A stretch of DNA of 64,000 bases from Ostrea edulis (lineage: Eukaryota), in assembly GCF_947568905.1 (NCBI RefSeq), contig NC_079167.1, positions 53,506,001-53,570,000 of the forward strand, given 5' to 3'. The stretch's first letter is position 1; the number at the start of each line of letters is the position of its first letter. The position numbers were made by a program, and so were the translations under genes. Below the pieces are notes generated by a model, which worked only from the letters and a program-made list of their open reading frames with translations, did no database searches and was not told the origin of the DNA. Shown one piece after another: positions 13,351 to 25,823 of this stretch.

Positions 13351-13544
13351 TTAAGTCGAAACTTGGACTGGTGTCTGAGATTTTACTCAAATTTTGACTG
13401 CTCAAATAAAAGAAAACTCAAACTTAATTTTGAGATTTTTTCGAGAAATCCAAATCTGGTATAACCGAGGATTGATTATATGATTGAGAAAATATGGTTT
13501 ACATGCATTTTACGGATTTTATAAAACATTTCCAAAACACAGGT

Positions 13545-13770
13545 GTTTGTGGACATGATCACATATCCCCGCGTTAGGTTAGCTTCTAAGGTTTAATTTG
13601 GCGCTTGGCGGAGGAACAGTCACAATCTATGTTTAAAAATGGCATAGGTTTGACACGGCGCCGGGATTGAGAATCATTTCGGTTGAGCATCACTGAAGAG
13701 ACATTATTTGTCGAAATGCGCATCTGGTGCATCAAAATTGGTACCGTATAAGTTTTACATTTTACCCGAA
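13545..13770 (+). mobile_element. Penelope-like element pLTR fragment
   Basis: Contains a minimal type I hammerhead motif of the kind known from Penelope-like elements. Boundaries are approximate. Confidence 0.6.
13687..13730 (+). ncRNA. Minimal type I hammerhead ribozyme
   Basis: GCATCA-CTGAAGA-GAC(attattt)GTC-GAAA-TGCGCA-TC^-TGGTGC. The core is intact, stem I has 6 bp (one G-U), stem II has 3 bp and stem III is palindromic. Predicted cleavage is after C13724. Confidence 0.8.
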
Positions 13771-14089
13771 CCTGTGAGATCTTCTGATCTTTAATGTCCC
13801 CTCCTTCATGGTGGTTTATTCTTGCTTTTATTAGTTTATTATATGTGTCATTTAATAATCAAAATTGTATTTGGAGTAAAATGTGGACTTAACAAATTAA
13901 CTAATGAAAAAGGCGACATTACAAATAATTCAAAAAATCTAGCTGCACCCTGCCAGAAATGTAAAGGAATATTGCTCTATAACACGAAAACTACACGGCA
14001 TAAATATTAAAATAATGATTCATTTGATAATTTAAACACCATAACACAAGCCTTATACGTCTGTAACTTTGAATATAGTTATTTCCAAT

Positions 14090-15845
14090 CAGTGAGACGC
14101 ATAAGGCGGTGAGACACTCTCCCAAAACCACTCTGTCACTTGTTACTATCTTGACCTCATTCCAACTTCTCCATTCTGCTTCCACTGTCCTTCCCCAGGT
14201 TGTTTTCAGTCTCCCTCGCGTACCCGCTTTACTTCTGTTATCCACCCTAGCGCCGTCTCACAGTCGTTGTCACCTTTCCTCCGTAGCACGTGTCCTACCC
14301 AGTTCCATCGCCGTCTCCTCAGCTCGTTGTTGATAGCATTTGTGTACGCCCTGTCTGCCACTTCCTTGTTTGTCACTATCTGCTGTAACTTTATCCCCAG
14401 GATCCTTGGCAAGCATCTGAACTGAAATGCATCTCATTTCATTTCCTGTCTTTTTCATCCTTCAACAGTTCGTTTCCATACAACAGCACTGACCTCACTA
14501 GCGACTTGAATAGCTTGACCTTCATTCTAACTCCCAATGTTCGCTGCACTCCATACTTTCTCCTGTCCCCCATATGCTGCCGTTGCTTCGTTTGTCCTGC
14601 TCCTAATGTCTTGTGATCTTCCTGTTGATGTTGTCACTATTTCTCCCATGTAAAACAAACTCTTCCACATCGTCCATCTCATCTTCCCCTATCTTCACCA
14701 TCTTGTCCCTCTTTCCATTCATTCTCATTGTCTTGCACTTCTTGCTATTCAGTCTCAATTCTACTTTCCCTGCTTCCTTTTTCACTCTTGTTATCTGCAT
14801 ATGTTCGAACCCTGATGATATATGTGCCAGGTCACCCGCAAAATCCAAGTCTTCTAATACTGTCATGAACTTCCACCTGATTCCTGTTTCCCTGTTCTCG
14901 AACGTTTTTCTCATCACGTAATCTATTGTCAGTAGGAACAGGAAGACATGACACATCCCTGCTTAACCCAGGTTTTGATTTTGAACGACTGTACTCTGAT
15001 ATTTCTTCCTCTTCAGTCACGGCACTCAAACTCATCATGTAGATCTCTTATCATCTTGACCATCTTCTTTGGCACTCCATACGATTCTAATATTTTCCAC
15101 AAACTCTCTCGGTCCACAGAATCAAATGCTTTCTCAAAGTCCACGGAATGCAAATGCAATCCGGCGTTCCTTTCATGTGCTTGTTCGATGAAATTCCTCA
15201 GGATGAATATCTGATCGCATGTTCCTCTTGCCGGTGTCAATTCTGCCTTTTCCTTCCTTGGTGCTTTTTCAACTCCCTTCTTCGTTTTGTTTATCATTAT
15301 TCCCCCAAACACCTTACTCATCACCGATAACAGTGTCAATCTTGTCAAGTTGTTACAATCTCTTGTATCTCCTTTCTTCAAGATCTTCACAATTAGCCCC
15401 TTCTTCCACTTTTCAGGGACTCTTTCTAAACAATGTTGAACAGGTCTGTGAGCCTCTTACTTGTCTCTTCCATATCCATCTTTGCGGTGGCATTACCTCT
15501 AGTTGACGGAATTGTCTACAGTCTATTTCTCCCACTTCTTCTACCATCCCCTTCTCTTCGTCTGCTGCCGGTTATTCTGGCTCCCCCCTGTTGAGCACTC
15601 CATTGAAATGATTTACCCATCTTGGCCTTTTGCTTGATTTTTCTGTCTTCAGTACCCCATATGTGTCCTTTTTATCCTCAGTATGCTTATTATGTCGTAC
15701 AACTCCTCCATCCGTCCATTCTCCGCTGTTCTTTCTGCCAGATCTTCTGTGCACTTTCTCTAGTCGTTTCTCGCACTTCTCTTCCTTGTCCTTATTTCTG
15801 GCCTCAGCCTCTCCTTCACTTATATGTCTTGAACATGCAAGAAAA
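14090..15845 (-). mobile_element. 5'-truncated, decayed RTE-clade non-LTR retrotransposon (reverse transcriptase remnant)
   Basis: Frameshifted RT motifs: KKGDTRDCNN..LTLLSVMSKVF, DQIFILRNFIEQ, VDFEKAFDSVDRESLWKIL..YGVP, LEDLDFAGDL, RRRWNWVGHVLRR. Confidence 0.92.
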
Positions 15846-16364
15846 CAGATTAACCTTCTAATACCGGTAAGTACTAGTATGTGCCCGAACTCCGACAGCC
15901 ATTTCTGAACCTACCATTCTCTCACTAGAGGAAGCGTTACACAAACTTCACTTACTCCTCTATGAACGCCTTTGTACAGTATTCTTGTACCACATTTTAT
16001 AATTACTTCAAGAAATACCGGTTTCGTTTTTCGACATAAAAATGATAGAAACTGTAGGTTTTTCATTTAGATCAGGTGAAATCATCTTATCATTTTCATA
16101 AACTTCGGATTATATCATAAATGAATATTGTTGGTGTAACAAATAAAAAATAAACAAACCACATGCTAAGGAAGTTCAATGGAACACCTGAACGTTTCAC
16201 ATTGTTTACGCGGTAAGGAAAGAAATGCCCGTGGGAAAATAGAAGATTTGGACAAATCCAAACGCAACTCCATTTATCAAAGTCCAAATAAGTATATTAG
16301 CTGCACGTAATATCATTTGGAGAGTTTCACCGAAAATCTCCATCTTTCATATTCTTATTGCTAT

Positions 16365-17270
16365 ACCCGCACTTTCTAAAGAAAGTTCAGGTATAATGTT
16401 GTTACCCTGGTCCGTCCGTCCGTCCGTCTGTCACACTTTCTTCTTCCTCAAACTGCTCTTTTATTTCAAGTGGTAACCAATTGATCTTTTGGAATATGAT
16501 AGGTTGTGTACTGTAGATATATGATAATGTTTTAGAATATTCAATTTTACCCTGGGGGCAAAACGGGGGTCAAAAAATGACTTTTTTTCAACAAAAACCT
16601 GGTTCCCAGAACTCCTCCTACATTTCATGCAGTAGCCCAATCATCTTTTGGAAGATGATTGGTTGGGTCCTGTAGATGTGCAATAAGGTTTCGGAATTTT
16701 CATTTTCACCCTGGGGGCCAAATGGGGATCGAAAATAATGCTTTTTAACACAACCCTGGTTCCCAGAACTCCTCTTACAATTTACACAGTAGCCTAATAA
16801 TCTTTTGGAAAATGATTGCTGGTGCCCTGTAGATGTGCAATAAGGTTTTGGAATTTTCATTTTCACCCTAGGGATCAAATAGGGGTCGAAAAATGACGAT
16901 TTTGTACAAAGACACCCTGGTTCCCAGAACTCCTCTTACATTTTACACAGTAGCCTAATAATCTTTTGGAAGATTATTGCTGGTGTCCTGTAGATGTGCA
17001 ATAAGGTTTTGGAATTTTCATATTGGCCCCAGGGGGCAAATAGGGGCCGAAAAATGACGTTTTCTATCATAAAGCTCCATCTACATCTTTAGGAGTAGTC
17101 ACATGATATTCTAGGATTGTTGACCTTGAAAGTGGGTCAAGGTCAAAGGTCAAGATCACTTTCTCCTCCACAAGGTCTTAAGTGGTTGACTTAAAAAATG
17201 GGGTCAAGGTCAAAAGTCAAGGTCATTCTTCAAGATGTGGGTCTCCACAAGCGACGCAACATTGAGTATG
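16365..17270 (+). mobile_element. HINE/DINE-1-like element with a (GTCC)n microsatellite and a ~160-bp internal array
   Basis: tatacccgcactttc start and gtccgtccgtccgtctgt at ~16410. ggttcccagaactcctc occurs at ~16600, 16759 and 16920. Confidence 0.75.
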
Positions 17271-17574
17271 TACGTCATTCTAAAGGAAGTCTATATCCCC
17301 TTCCTTCACGGGATTCAGAATGATAGCTGTCTGCACCAAGTACTTGCGATACACAGATAGATGACCGACACTCTACGCATAACTTGGAGAAACAGTCTCC
17401 GTGGGAAAGCTGTCAATGTCAAGGAGGACTGCATGAACCAACCAAGTGCCAATTTACATATCTGCCCAATGTTCAACATTAGGGCACTGGTACTGATCTT
17501 TAAACAATACACAAAATTGACACTCTACACAAACTGATAATACCCCCCCCCCCTCCAAATTAAAACAAATACAC

Positions 17575-18530
17575 ACTGCACGCAAAATTGCGTTTAATAT
17601 AAAATTAAACACCAATTATTCCCCAATTAAATGTCAAATTTAAACGTAAAATGCACATTTAATAGAAAATTAAATGTCAAATTTACTTTACGTTTCCAGT
17701 GGCGTATAATTTTCCGTAAACGCCGAAATTTAATGACGTTTAATGTCGATTATATGCCAAGTAAATGCCATGTTTAAATAAAATTAAACGTCATTTTACG
17801 TCTAATTGAGAATTTAATCATCTTATTTTACTCCAATAAATTTCACATTTAAGCAATATTAAACGTCAATATACTCGAAGTTTGGCGTATAATCCACCCA
17901 TATTAAATTTCATTTTACTTGGAGTTTCACGTATTTTCATATTTTACTCCATTAAATTTCACATAGAAGCGATATTAAACGTCAATATACTCGGAGTTTG
18001 GCGTATAATCCACCCATATTAAACTTCATTAATTTTATTTGAAGTTTCACGTATTTTCATATTAATACTCCATTAAAATTGACATTTAAGCAATATTAAA
18101 CGTCAGTATACTCGAAGTTTGTCGTATAATCTACCCATATTAAACTTCATTTTACTTGACGTTTTACGTATTTTCATATTTATACTCCATTAAATTTGAC
18201 ATTTAAGCAATATTAAACGTCAGTATACTCGAAGTTTGGCGTATAATCCACCCATATTAAACTTCATTTAACTTGACGTTTCACGTATTTTCATATTTTA
18301 CTCCATTAAAATTGACATTTAAGCAATACTAAACGTCAGTATACTCGAAGTTTGGCGTATAATCCACCCATATTAAACTTCATTTTACTTGAAGTTTCAC
18401 ATATTTTCCTCCATTGAATTTCACATTTACAGCTGTAAGCAATATTAAACGTCAAATTACGCAAAATTTGGCGTATAATGCATCCATATTAAACTTAATT
18501 GGAGTTTCGCATAATTATTCTGCATCTCTA
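17575..18530. repeat. ~117-121-bp tandem array (6-7 units) preceded by CACTGCACGCAAAATTGCG; possible CACTA subterminal array
   Basis: gcgtataatccacccatattaaac recurs at ~17886, 18001, 18123, 18240, 18356 and 18472. Confidence 0.85.
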
Positions 18531-19808
18531 TAAAGCTTCCATATAAGCTAGAGTTCAACCTTCACTTTAGGAGAAGTTTAGATAAGTATAAGCATACAAG
18601 CTATATAGTAAGTTTCTTTCTGTGAAAATTCACAAAAGTTATCATGAATTAGTTGCCTTAGAAAGAAAAGGCATGAATAATTAATATTTTTTATTGCATT
18701 TTTTTTATTTCACATAACAATTTGCCTAAAGAATTTATAAAAATAATCTATAAAAATAAAATATAATTCATATATAAGAAAAAATATATGTAATGAACAA
18801 TATTACGATACAATGTGAAAAATATTGCTATTAAAAATATCAAAATACAGGAATACCAAAAAGGATTACATTCAGAAATATGTCCCAGACATTTAAGAAA
18901 TGTATGAAATGAAGACAAATACCATCCAATACAATGCAATCATACTATTAAAGCCTATCACAAGGTTGAGTCAAACAACCGCACACATGAGTATAAACTA
19001 CATTACTAAACAAATTGATGGTAAATATAACGACACACACACACACACACACACACACTATGCTATCACACAAAAATCATATAAAACTCATGAAAGGAAA
19101 TATATAAAAATATATCTTTTGATACAAAGCTAGCATTGCACTGTGATGATGTAAGATTGTCTTGGCATAATATAAAACTACTTCACACATTGATGGGTAT
19201 GTAACCTGGAATTTTCCCAGTAGGCTGCCCTAAACATTGCTTCTTTCCTCTTTTGACACATTTTTTCTCTAACAAAGCAGTGAAAGTTTATGGGAAGAAG
19301 CATGTCGATTCAATGAAGACAAACTATTCCCGAAAAAGTAATGTTTTCTTATTCCTTTGAAAAGCAAAATGAACAAATCTTTATGACATATGCAATGTAT
19401 ATTCATCTACAAGTATCATGGTATATGTACATAATAACTAGAAAACTGACAAGTCAGAAAAGGACCTGTAATATATATTTCAGAGGCAGGAATGACATAA
19501 AAGGTACACATAAAAAAGTTAAAAGTTCCATAACTCTATAAGGCATGACATAAAATATTAAATATAAAAATTAAGTCTCAGAACTCTGCAACAACAAAGT
19601 TAATAACTAATCAAATTGAAAGGGATCTTCATTTGCCTAATATTTTATTAATGTTTTAGTGTATTACCTTAAAAGAGTTAAAACAAAAATCAGTTACACA
19701 AATGAAAAAGAAGGTATCCATACAATTACAAAATTAACAAGGAAATTGTTAATATTCTATTACATGCAAGTATTGAGAGCGGTAATACGCGTGTTACAAA
19801 GAATCTAT

Positions 19809-20060
19809 TTATTTATTGGTCTCATCCTCAAGCTCACTCTCATTCTGTTCAGCTTGAATTTGAATTTGAAGTTTCTTTTTCTCTGCCCTTCTCCTTCGTC
19901 CCCCATCTCTATCACGAGCAAAGCGAAACCAGTCTTTTGGCACGTTGAAAATTTCCACGTCTGTTGCATTAACACAGAGGCGATTCTTCCTCACTGTTTC
20001 TGATTAAAATAGATAAAAGAATGTTCATCAAAAGTGTTTATTTCTCAAAGCTTGTTCATG

Positions 20061-20124
<64 letters not shown>

Positions 20125-20950
20125 ACATACCTTTCAATATTTCCTGTAATTTCAGTGAAGAGAAGACAATTTCCCCCCTTTTCCCATCCAGTTGGTGTTT
20201 ACTGCTAGTTTTGTGGTGATCATGTGGGAAAGTAGTCTCCTTACTGAACTTTTCGTGTTTTAACCACCAATAGTTGATAATGATCTCACCTGCACATTGT
20301 AAATATTGATAGAGAGTCAAGTGTATATACCATTTCATGTATTGATAATTCAAAATACAATATCTTAAGATGAACATAGTTTTGCAGGTGTTTTTTTTTT
20401 AATAAAAAAAGTACATGTATATGTTTCAATAAAACAAAATGATCAGTACCCTACCAAAGTTTTACACCTGTTTTTACTCTGCAAGAGGTCCTTCAGCTTC
20501 TGTGTATCTTCTTGTTTTCCCAGAGGAAAACATACATCTAACTGCAGTGTAGTGTCGGGCTCCTCTACACCAGGAGCAGGACGGCTTTCAAGTCTATCGA
20601 TCTTTGTGATTGTGGCCTACAGAAGCTGCGTATTTAACTGGGTCTGTACTTTTATTTCCTCCACGTTTGTCATAACTTTCTCCAAACAGTTTAGGATTTT
20701 CTTTTCTGTTACTGAAAGAAATCCACGGCAGAGTTTAAGACAGACATGCAATTAGTCCAAAATGTATGTATGGTTTTAATATCATTTATTTTAAAAAATG
20801 GAATCAGCACAGAATGATACCATATAAGTACCTGAGCTAGTGGGGCTTTTGTCAAATAGTGAAACTGTAGAACTTGATGTTGCTTTGTTGCACACGTCTT
20901 CTAATTTACCAATATGACGTCCCTTTACCCCTTGAGTACTTGTTCATTTT
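19809..20950 (-). pseudogene. DUF4806-type (transposon accessory-like) pseudogene; exons 20832-20950, 20455-20711, 20131-20289, 19809-19999
   Basis: GT-AG exons give ...KILNCLEKVMTNVEEIKVQTQLNTQLL*ATITKIDRLE...FPL...VRSLSTIGG*NTKSSVRRLLSHMITTKLAVNTNWMGKRGK/IVFSSLKLQEILKETVRKNRLCVNATDVEIFNVPKDWFRFARDRDGGRRRR. In-frame stops lie at 20617-20619 and 20260-20262, and the 159-nt exon has a 1-bp frameshift. The family is recognised by motif, not by search. Confidence 0.7.
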
Positions 20951-21437
20951 CTGTGAAAACAGATAGTCAGCAAAATAGATATGAATAATTTAGAAAGTGT
21001 TTCTGAAAAATTTGAATATGCAATGGCGTGGGAAAAAACCCCAAAACAGAAAGATTGACCTGCAATGAAAGAACACTTTTTAAGCCTTTTGTGTACACTG
21101 TTTTATAATACATGTGCAATTAAGACAATAAAAATATTCAAAAATGATTTTTTTTAATTCAAGCACTTTGTTACTCTGGTTTAAAAAAAATCTCAAAACG
21201 TTTATTTTTAAACATAGCGCAAACCCTTTACACGAGTTTGAAATAAGGCTTAGCCTTATATACATTATTACTTTAAATAAATACAGCATGATATACAGCA
21301 TCATATATATTGCGATTGATTTCTCTCAAGTTTCATTTGATTACTTACAACTGAGAGTTGAAAAGCAATATTTTACAATTTTGAAATGGGGCAAAATGAC
21401 AACTTAAAATTTACTTGACAGCCAAATAATTTCCCAG

Positions 21438-21477
<40 letters not shown>

Positions 21478-21984
21478 CATGCACAAGATAAATGCATTCA
21501 AAAATTGAAGATTACACATATGTGAGGGGAAAAAAATCAACAGCCTCAACATTCTCTCACTAGAGGGCGCGTTACGCAAGCTTCACATACACCTCTGTCA
21601 ACGCTTGGAATCACGTGACAATATAATGACATGATATAAGCAATAATTCTCGGTAAAAGTTCTGGTAACAGGTGATGACACCAGGCTCTTTTTATAGCCC
21701 ACTGGCACTTTAATAAATACATATTTACCATTTAGCTGTTTGTCTCTTATTTCAAATTTTTTATCGTATTTTTACAACCTTTCTTACTTTTGATTCCATG
21801 TTTACATTCAAATCTTCACCACGTGGATGTCCTACATTCATACGCATATTACGAAGTAGTTCCAAATTTAAGATCAGAAAACGGCGATTTTAAACAATTT
21901 ACAGTAAGCATCAATTCAATTGCACCAAAAACATTTCATAGTATGACTGAATATTTAGTCGAAAACATAAATGCTGTATATTAG

Positions 21985-22502
21985 AAACTTTTACAACATT
22001 GGCCCAACACAACTATTCCAACGTAAGAAAAATACTCTAGGGTGCACATTGCTAACATAACACGTTGTTGGGCCAACATTGTCTTCCCGACTTAAGTGTG
22101 ATGAAAATTAAAAAGCAGCATGTTAGCATTGGGCCAACGTTGTATGCCCAACGCCAACCACCGGCAGGGCCGTAAGTAGGGTTCTAAATCAGGGGAGGCA
22201 GGGGATTGGGGGCCGCCGATTGACTTTACGACTGAAAATGACACTTTTTAAATCCCAATTTATCATGTTTGTGTTTCATTTGTACTATGTAAAGAATCGT
22301 AATATGGTGTCAAAGACAAAGGTGCTTGTCTTCATTTTAAACATATATCCTATAATATAACATTTATATAATTTTATTTTCTTTTTTGCCAAAAAATCAG
22401 ACGAGGCAGTTGCCTCGTCTGCCTCATCGGCAGTTACGGCCCTGACCGGCCGACAATACAACCATTTACCAACGTTGGCCCAACATAGTGATGCTATCTG
22501 GG
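21985..22502 (-). mobile_element. EnSpm/CACTA-like terminus (CCCAGATAGCA) with ccaac/gttgg subterminal repeats
   Basis: The minus-strand end reads cccagatagcatcactatgttgggccaacgttgg, with many ggcccaac/gggccaac motifs. The partner end was not found. Confidence 0.55.
22165..22444. mobile_element. hAT-like MITE with a 5-bp TSD (hAT5-like)
   Basis: TIR CAGGGCCGTAA...TTACGGCCCTG. TSD ACCGG at 22160-22164 and 22445-22449. Confidence 0.8.
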
Positions 22503-23937
22503 CTAGTATAAAACTGGTTTTCCTACTGTATATACTTTCCCCTAGCTCTAACCTCTATTCTGTTATAAAAGTACTGGTATCATGTATATATATACACACT
22601 TACTCTTATGTGTGGAGGTACAAAGAGGCTGGACTCTTGTTTTCGGGTCTTTTCGGGTTTTTGTTTTGTCTGCTCCTTAATTTCTTTAACTTCCTTTGCC
22701 AGATCATCAATTTTTTTTTTCAATCGGCATAAATATTGTATGATTTCATTCTATAAAAAAATAGATGCAAGCTTAGTGAAACACTTTCATAAATATATAA
22801 ATTGCTGTATGATACTGGTAACCATTTTTTATTTGCAAATGAAGGACAGAATATGAAGAGAAATATTTGTCACATTAAAGTTCTCTCGAATTTCACAAAA
22901 ATTTGTTGTGAAAGCTTATTAGTTGGTTTGTCCTACCCTTGATTATAAAACTAAATGTGAACTATCAAATCAATCGAATCAGTCCTGTTGATACCTTTTC
23001 CCCGCTCACAATAAATATTGTGGGGGATAATAAAGGAGACTCATGATGCAGTGCTATGTACAGCTGGTGATACATACAATATTAAAATAAATGGCAGTCT
23101 TCTAGTTTATAGACGCATTGTGTTGAAGTATATTGGAGAGGATCATTAAATTGCAAGGACTTGTATGTATCCAATCCATTTGTATGTAGCTCTATTATAC
23201 AATAGAATAGGTTCAAATGAAAATAAATGGAGAGAAGTAATTTACGAATTATCTGTGTCCATTGGTTCACTTTCGTGTCACATGCATGCCTATTTACTAT
23301 AAATAAGCTGTCTTGAATACTTAGGGTACATGTACAAGCCTTCCAGTCTGATTGAATTGGCAGTTGGCACAGGCACTACCCTTGGTACCCTCTGTGTTCG
23401 GGACATTTTATACTGTTTCAATTTACTTCCCATATATAGCATACTTGTTGTGCAATGCATTTGCCATCGGTATTATTATGAGCAATGTCCAGACCAATTT
23501 CAATATAGAAATCCTTATAAGATCATATGCATAAAGGATATACATTTGTACATGGTAGCATGCAGTTATAATGTTTAATTGTTAGAATTGTATATCCTCC
23601 CTGTAGACCAGATTAATAAATAAATATACCTCTTGACCTATATGACACTTTTGGACCATCTGTATTTATTCCTGTACAGAGAACCAACTGTAAATATATT
23701 TGTGCAGATGGAAGGGTTCAGAATAAAGATGTTTCTTACATTTGTCCCAATATCAAAGGTGTGAATATATGATGTTTTAAAGCAATATTTCATAATGTAC
23801 ATGAAGTGTGTTCATTTCAGTAACGTACACTTGTTTAGCAAGTACTTGAAAGATTTTTTAAGTTAGTTTTGTCATTTTGTGGTAATTGACAATGTAATGT
23901 TTGAAGATGTTCATGTATAGTCATCCACCAGTTAACT

Positions 23938-24068
23938 AATATCTCTGGAAGGATGTTTCGTCCTACGCCAGATGATAAATATCTCTCGGAAGGATGTTTC
24001 GTCCTATGCCGGTTGACAAATGTCTCTAGGAAGGATGTTTCGTCCTTTGCCAGTTGAATGGAAGGATG
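23938..24068. repeat. Three tandem 41-bp units (ggaaggatgtttcgtcct core)
   Basis: Core at ~23948, 23989 and 24030. Confidence 0.85.
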
Positions 24069-24419
24069 TATTCTGAGAATGTTTCATATCAATACAAAAC
24101 TTTTTAAATGAACTCATTTGAACATTTACACTTGTGATTATTAACGATTAGTAATTTATACTTATGATATATATACTTTTAAAAACTATTGAAATGTGCA
24201 ATAAACCATTGTTTATACTTGTTGTGATGTGATTATTACTAGCAGGGTGAAAATTTTTGAGGAATATGAACGCTAATGCTGAACCCATTGTTAAAGCATA
24301 TGGTTCATGAAAAAGTGAATGTAATGAACAGTGATTATTCTCATAAATCCACAAAGAGTACTAAGAGTAGGGTAAACGTGTACATCTGGACATAACAGAG
24401 GTAAGGGCGGGTGCTTATT

Positions 24420-24840
24420 TAATTAGGAGCACGTATCTCCTCTGCAGAAGAGTAAACATTCTTTGTTGACCGGTCACACCCGCCGTGAGCCTTATATATA
24501 TTGATCAGGTAAACGGATTCAAGTCAGCATATCGCAAATTCTATGGTCGTTATAACGATCTAGTTTGTCAATACAACCTATCATTGGGTCAAATGCTGTC
24601 TGAGTGTTTCATACCGATTGTTAGGCCGTTCTTGGCACACTGATTTTGACTACGGATAACTCCGTTTAAATAAGGCTCACGGCGGGTGTGACCGGTCAAC
24701 AGGGAGTGCTTACTCCTCCTAGGCACATGATCCCACCTCTGGTGTGTCCAGGGGTCTGTGTTTGCCCAACTATCTATTTTGTACAATTGCTTATAGGAGT
24801 TATGGGATTGACCACTGGTCGTTATCTTCACCTTTCATCC
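24420..24840 (+). mobile_element. Penelope-like non-autonomous fragment with an inverted partial pLTR copy
   Basis: ttgaccggtcacacccgccgtgagccttat (~24466-24495) is inverted at ~24670-24700. The interior encodes an RT C-terminus-like FKSAYRKFYGRYNDLVCQYNLSL. A related fragment lies at 38030-38150. Confidence 0.6.
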
Positions 24841-25823
24841 AGACCAAGCTTGTAAATCAAAATCAAAATTTCCTAAAACCGATTGCGTCAGTTCATATTG
24901 CATTAAGGCTAGCCTTAGTTGAAAGCCATCCGACTCCAAGTCAAATTCGTTTTAAAAAGCATTATCGTACTATCTTTATAAATTCACTTGACTTGACCAA
25001 TCATGATAAAAAAAAAAAGTAGTGGCCTGCCTTCAAATTCATTTTTATAGTCTATAAGACACACACATAGACGTTGCACAAAAGACATTGATAGCATTTA
25101 GGTTACGCTGTCAGTGAAATAATTTACAAATAAAGTGGAATAATACAAGTATTAGTAAGTGCAAATCTTCCCAGGGCTCTAGTAATTTAGCATAAAGCGA
25201 ATTTTATACTTTATACCACGTTTTAGGGTGACCGTCAAGGTGCACCATTGTCCCATAGGATAACGAAATCGACGGGAAGTTGCTATTTATATGAATGGCG
25301 TTCCCGGTAGTACGTAGGGAATAACTGTCCACTCATCCGTTGTTTGTAACGTTGAATGCTGATTTAACGGTCGCAGTTTTACCGGCGACATTTATTTTTC
25401 CAATATTTCTCCATTAGGAAAGCAAGGCCTGGACAAAGTTTTCTTTAGAGTAGACATAGTTCTAGGTCAAACGACCAGTTGGCTCAGGTCAGACTTCTGT
25501 TCATAATCAACTTCTGTACCAAATATGAACGTTCAATGTCTTTCCATGCAAATTTAATGCATGCAACAAGTTATTGAAATTAATATAAAAAATTGCATCA
25601 TTTTACAAAGTTTTTACCCACCCCATAGGGATTCTGAAACACGAGACGTTCCATGCTAATTTCAAACAACTTTTTTGAAGTGTTAATATTTTTATCATAA
25701 TAGTTATTTTCTTATACTACAGAGACCTCATTCCATCTGATTTTCATCCACTTCTGTAAACAGCTTGTCTCGATCTTAACGAAAATTTATCATGTTTACG
25801 CACTTGGACATGGGCATGATTAA

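Noticed and set aside
21438-21476. 39-nt poly-C (and poly-G at ~36358-36386) as G-quadruplex signals
   Set aside because: Homopolymers are common in these repeats and their length is unreliable in assemblies.
23680-23758. Possible AG-GT-bounded exon RTNCKYICADGRVQNKDVSYICPNIK
   Set aside because: No convincing neighbouring exons or recognisable domain; may be chance.
23938-24068. Minus-strand GGACGAAAC motifs resembling a hammerhead stem II/GAAA
   Set aside because: No CUGANGA core upstream (reads ctggcgta/ctggcaaa), so not a ribozyme by the known consensus.
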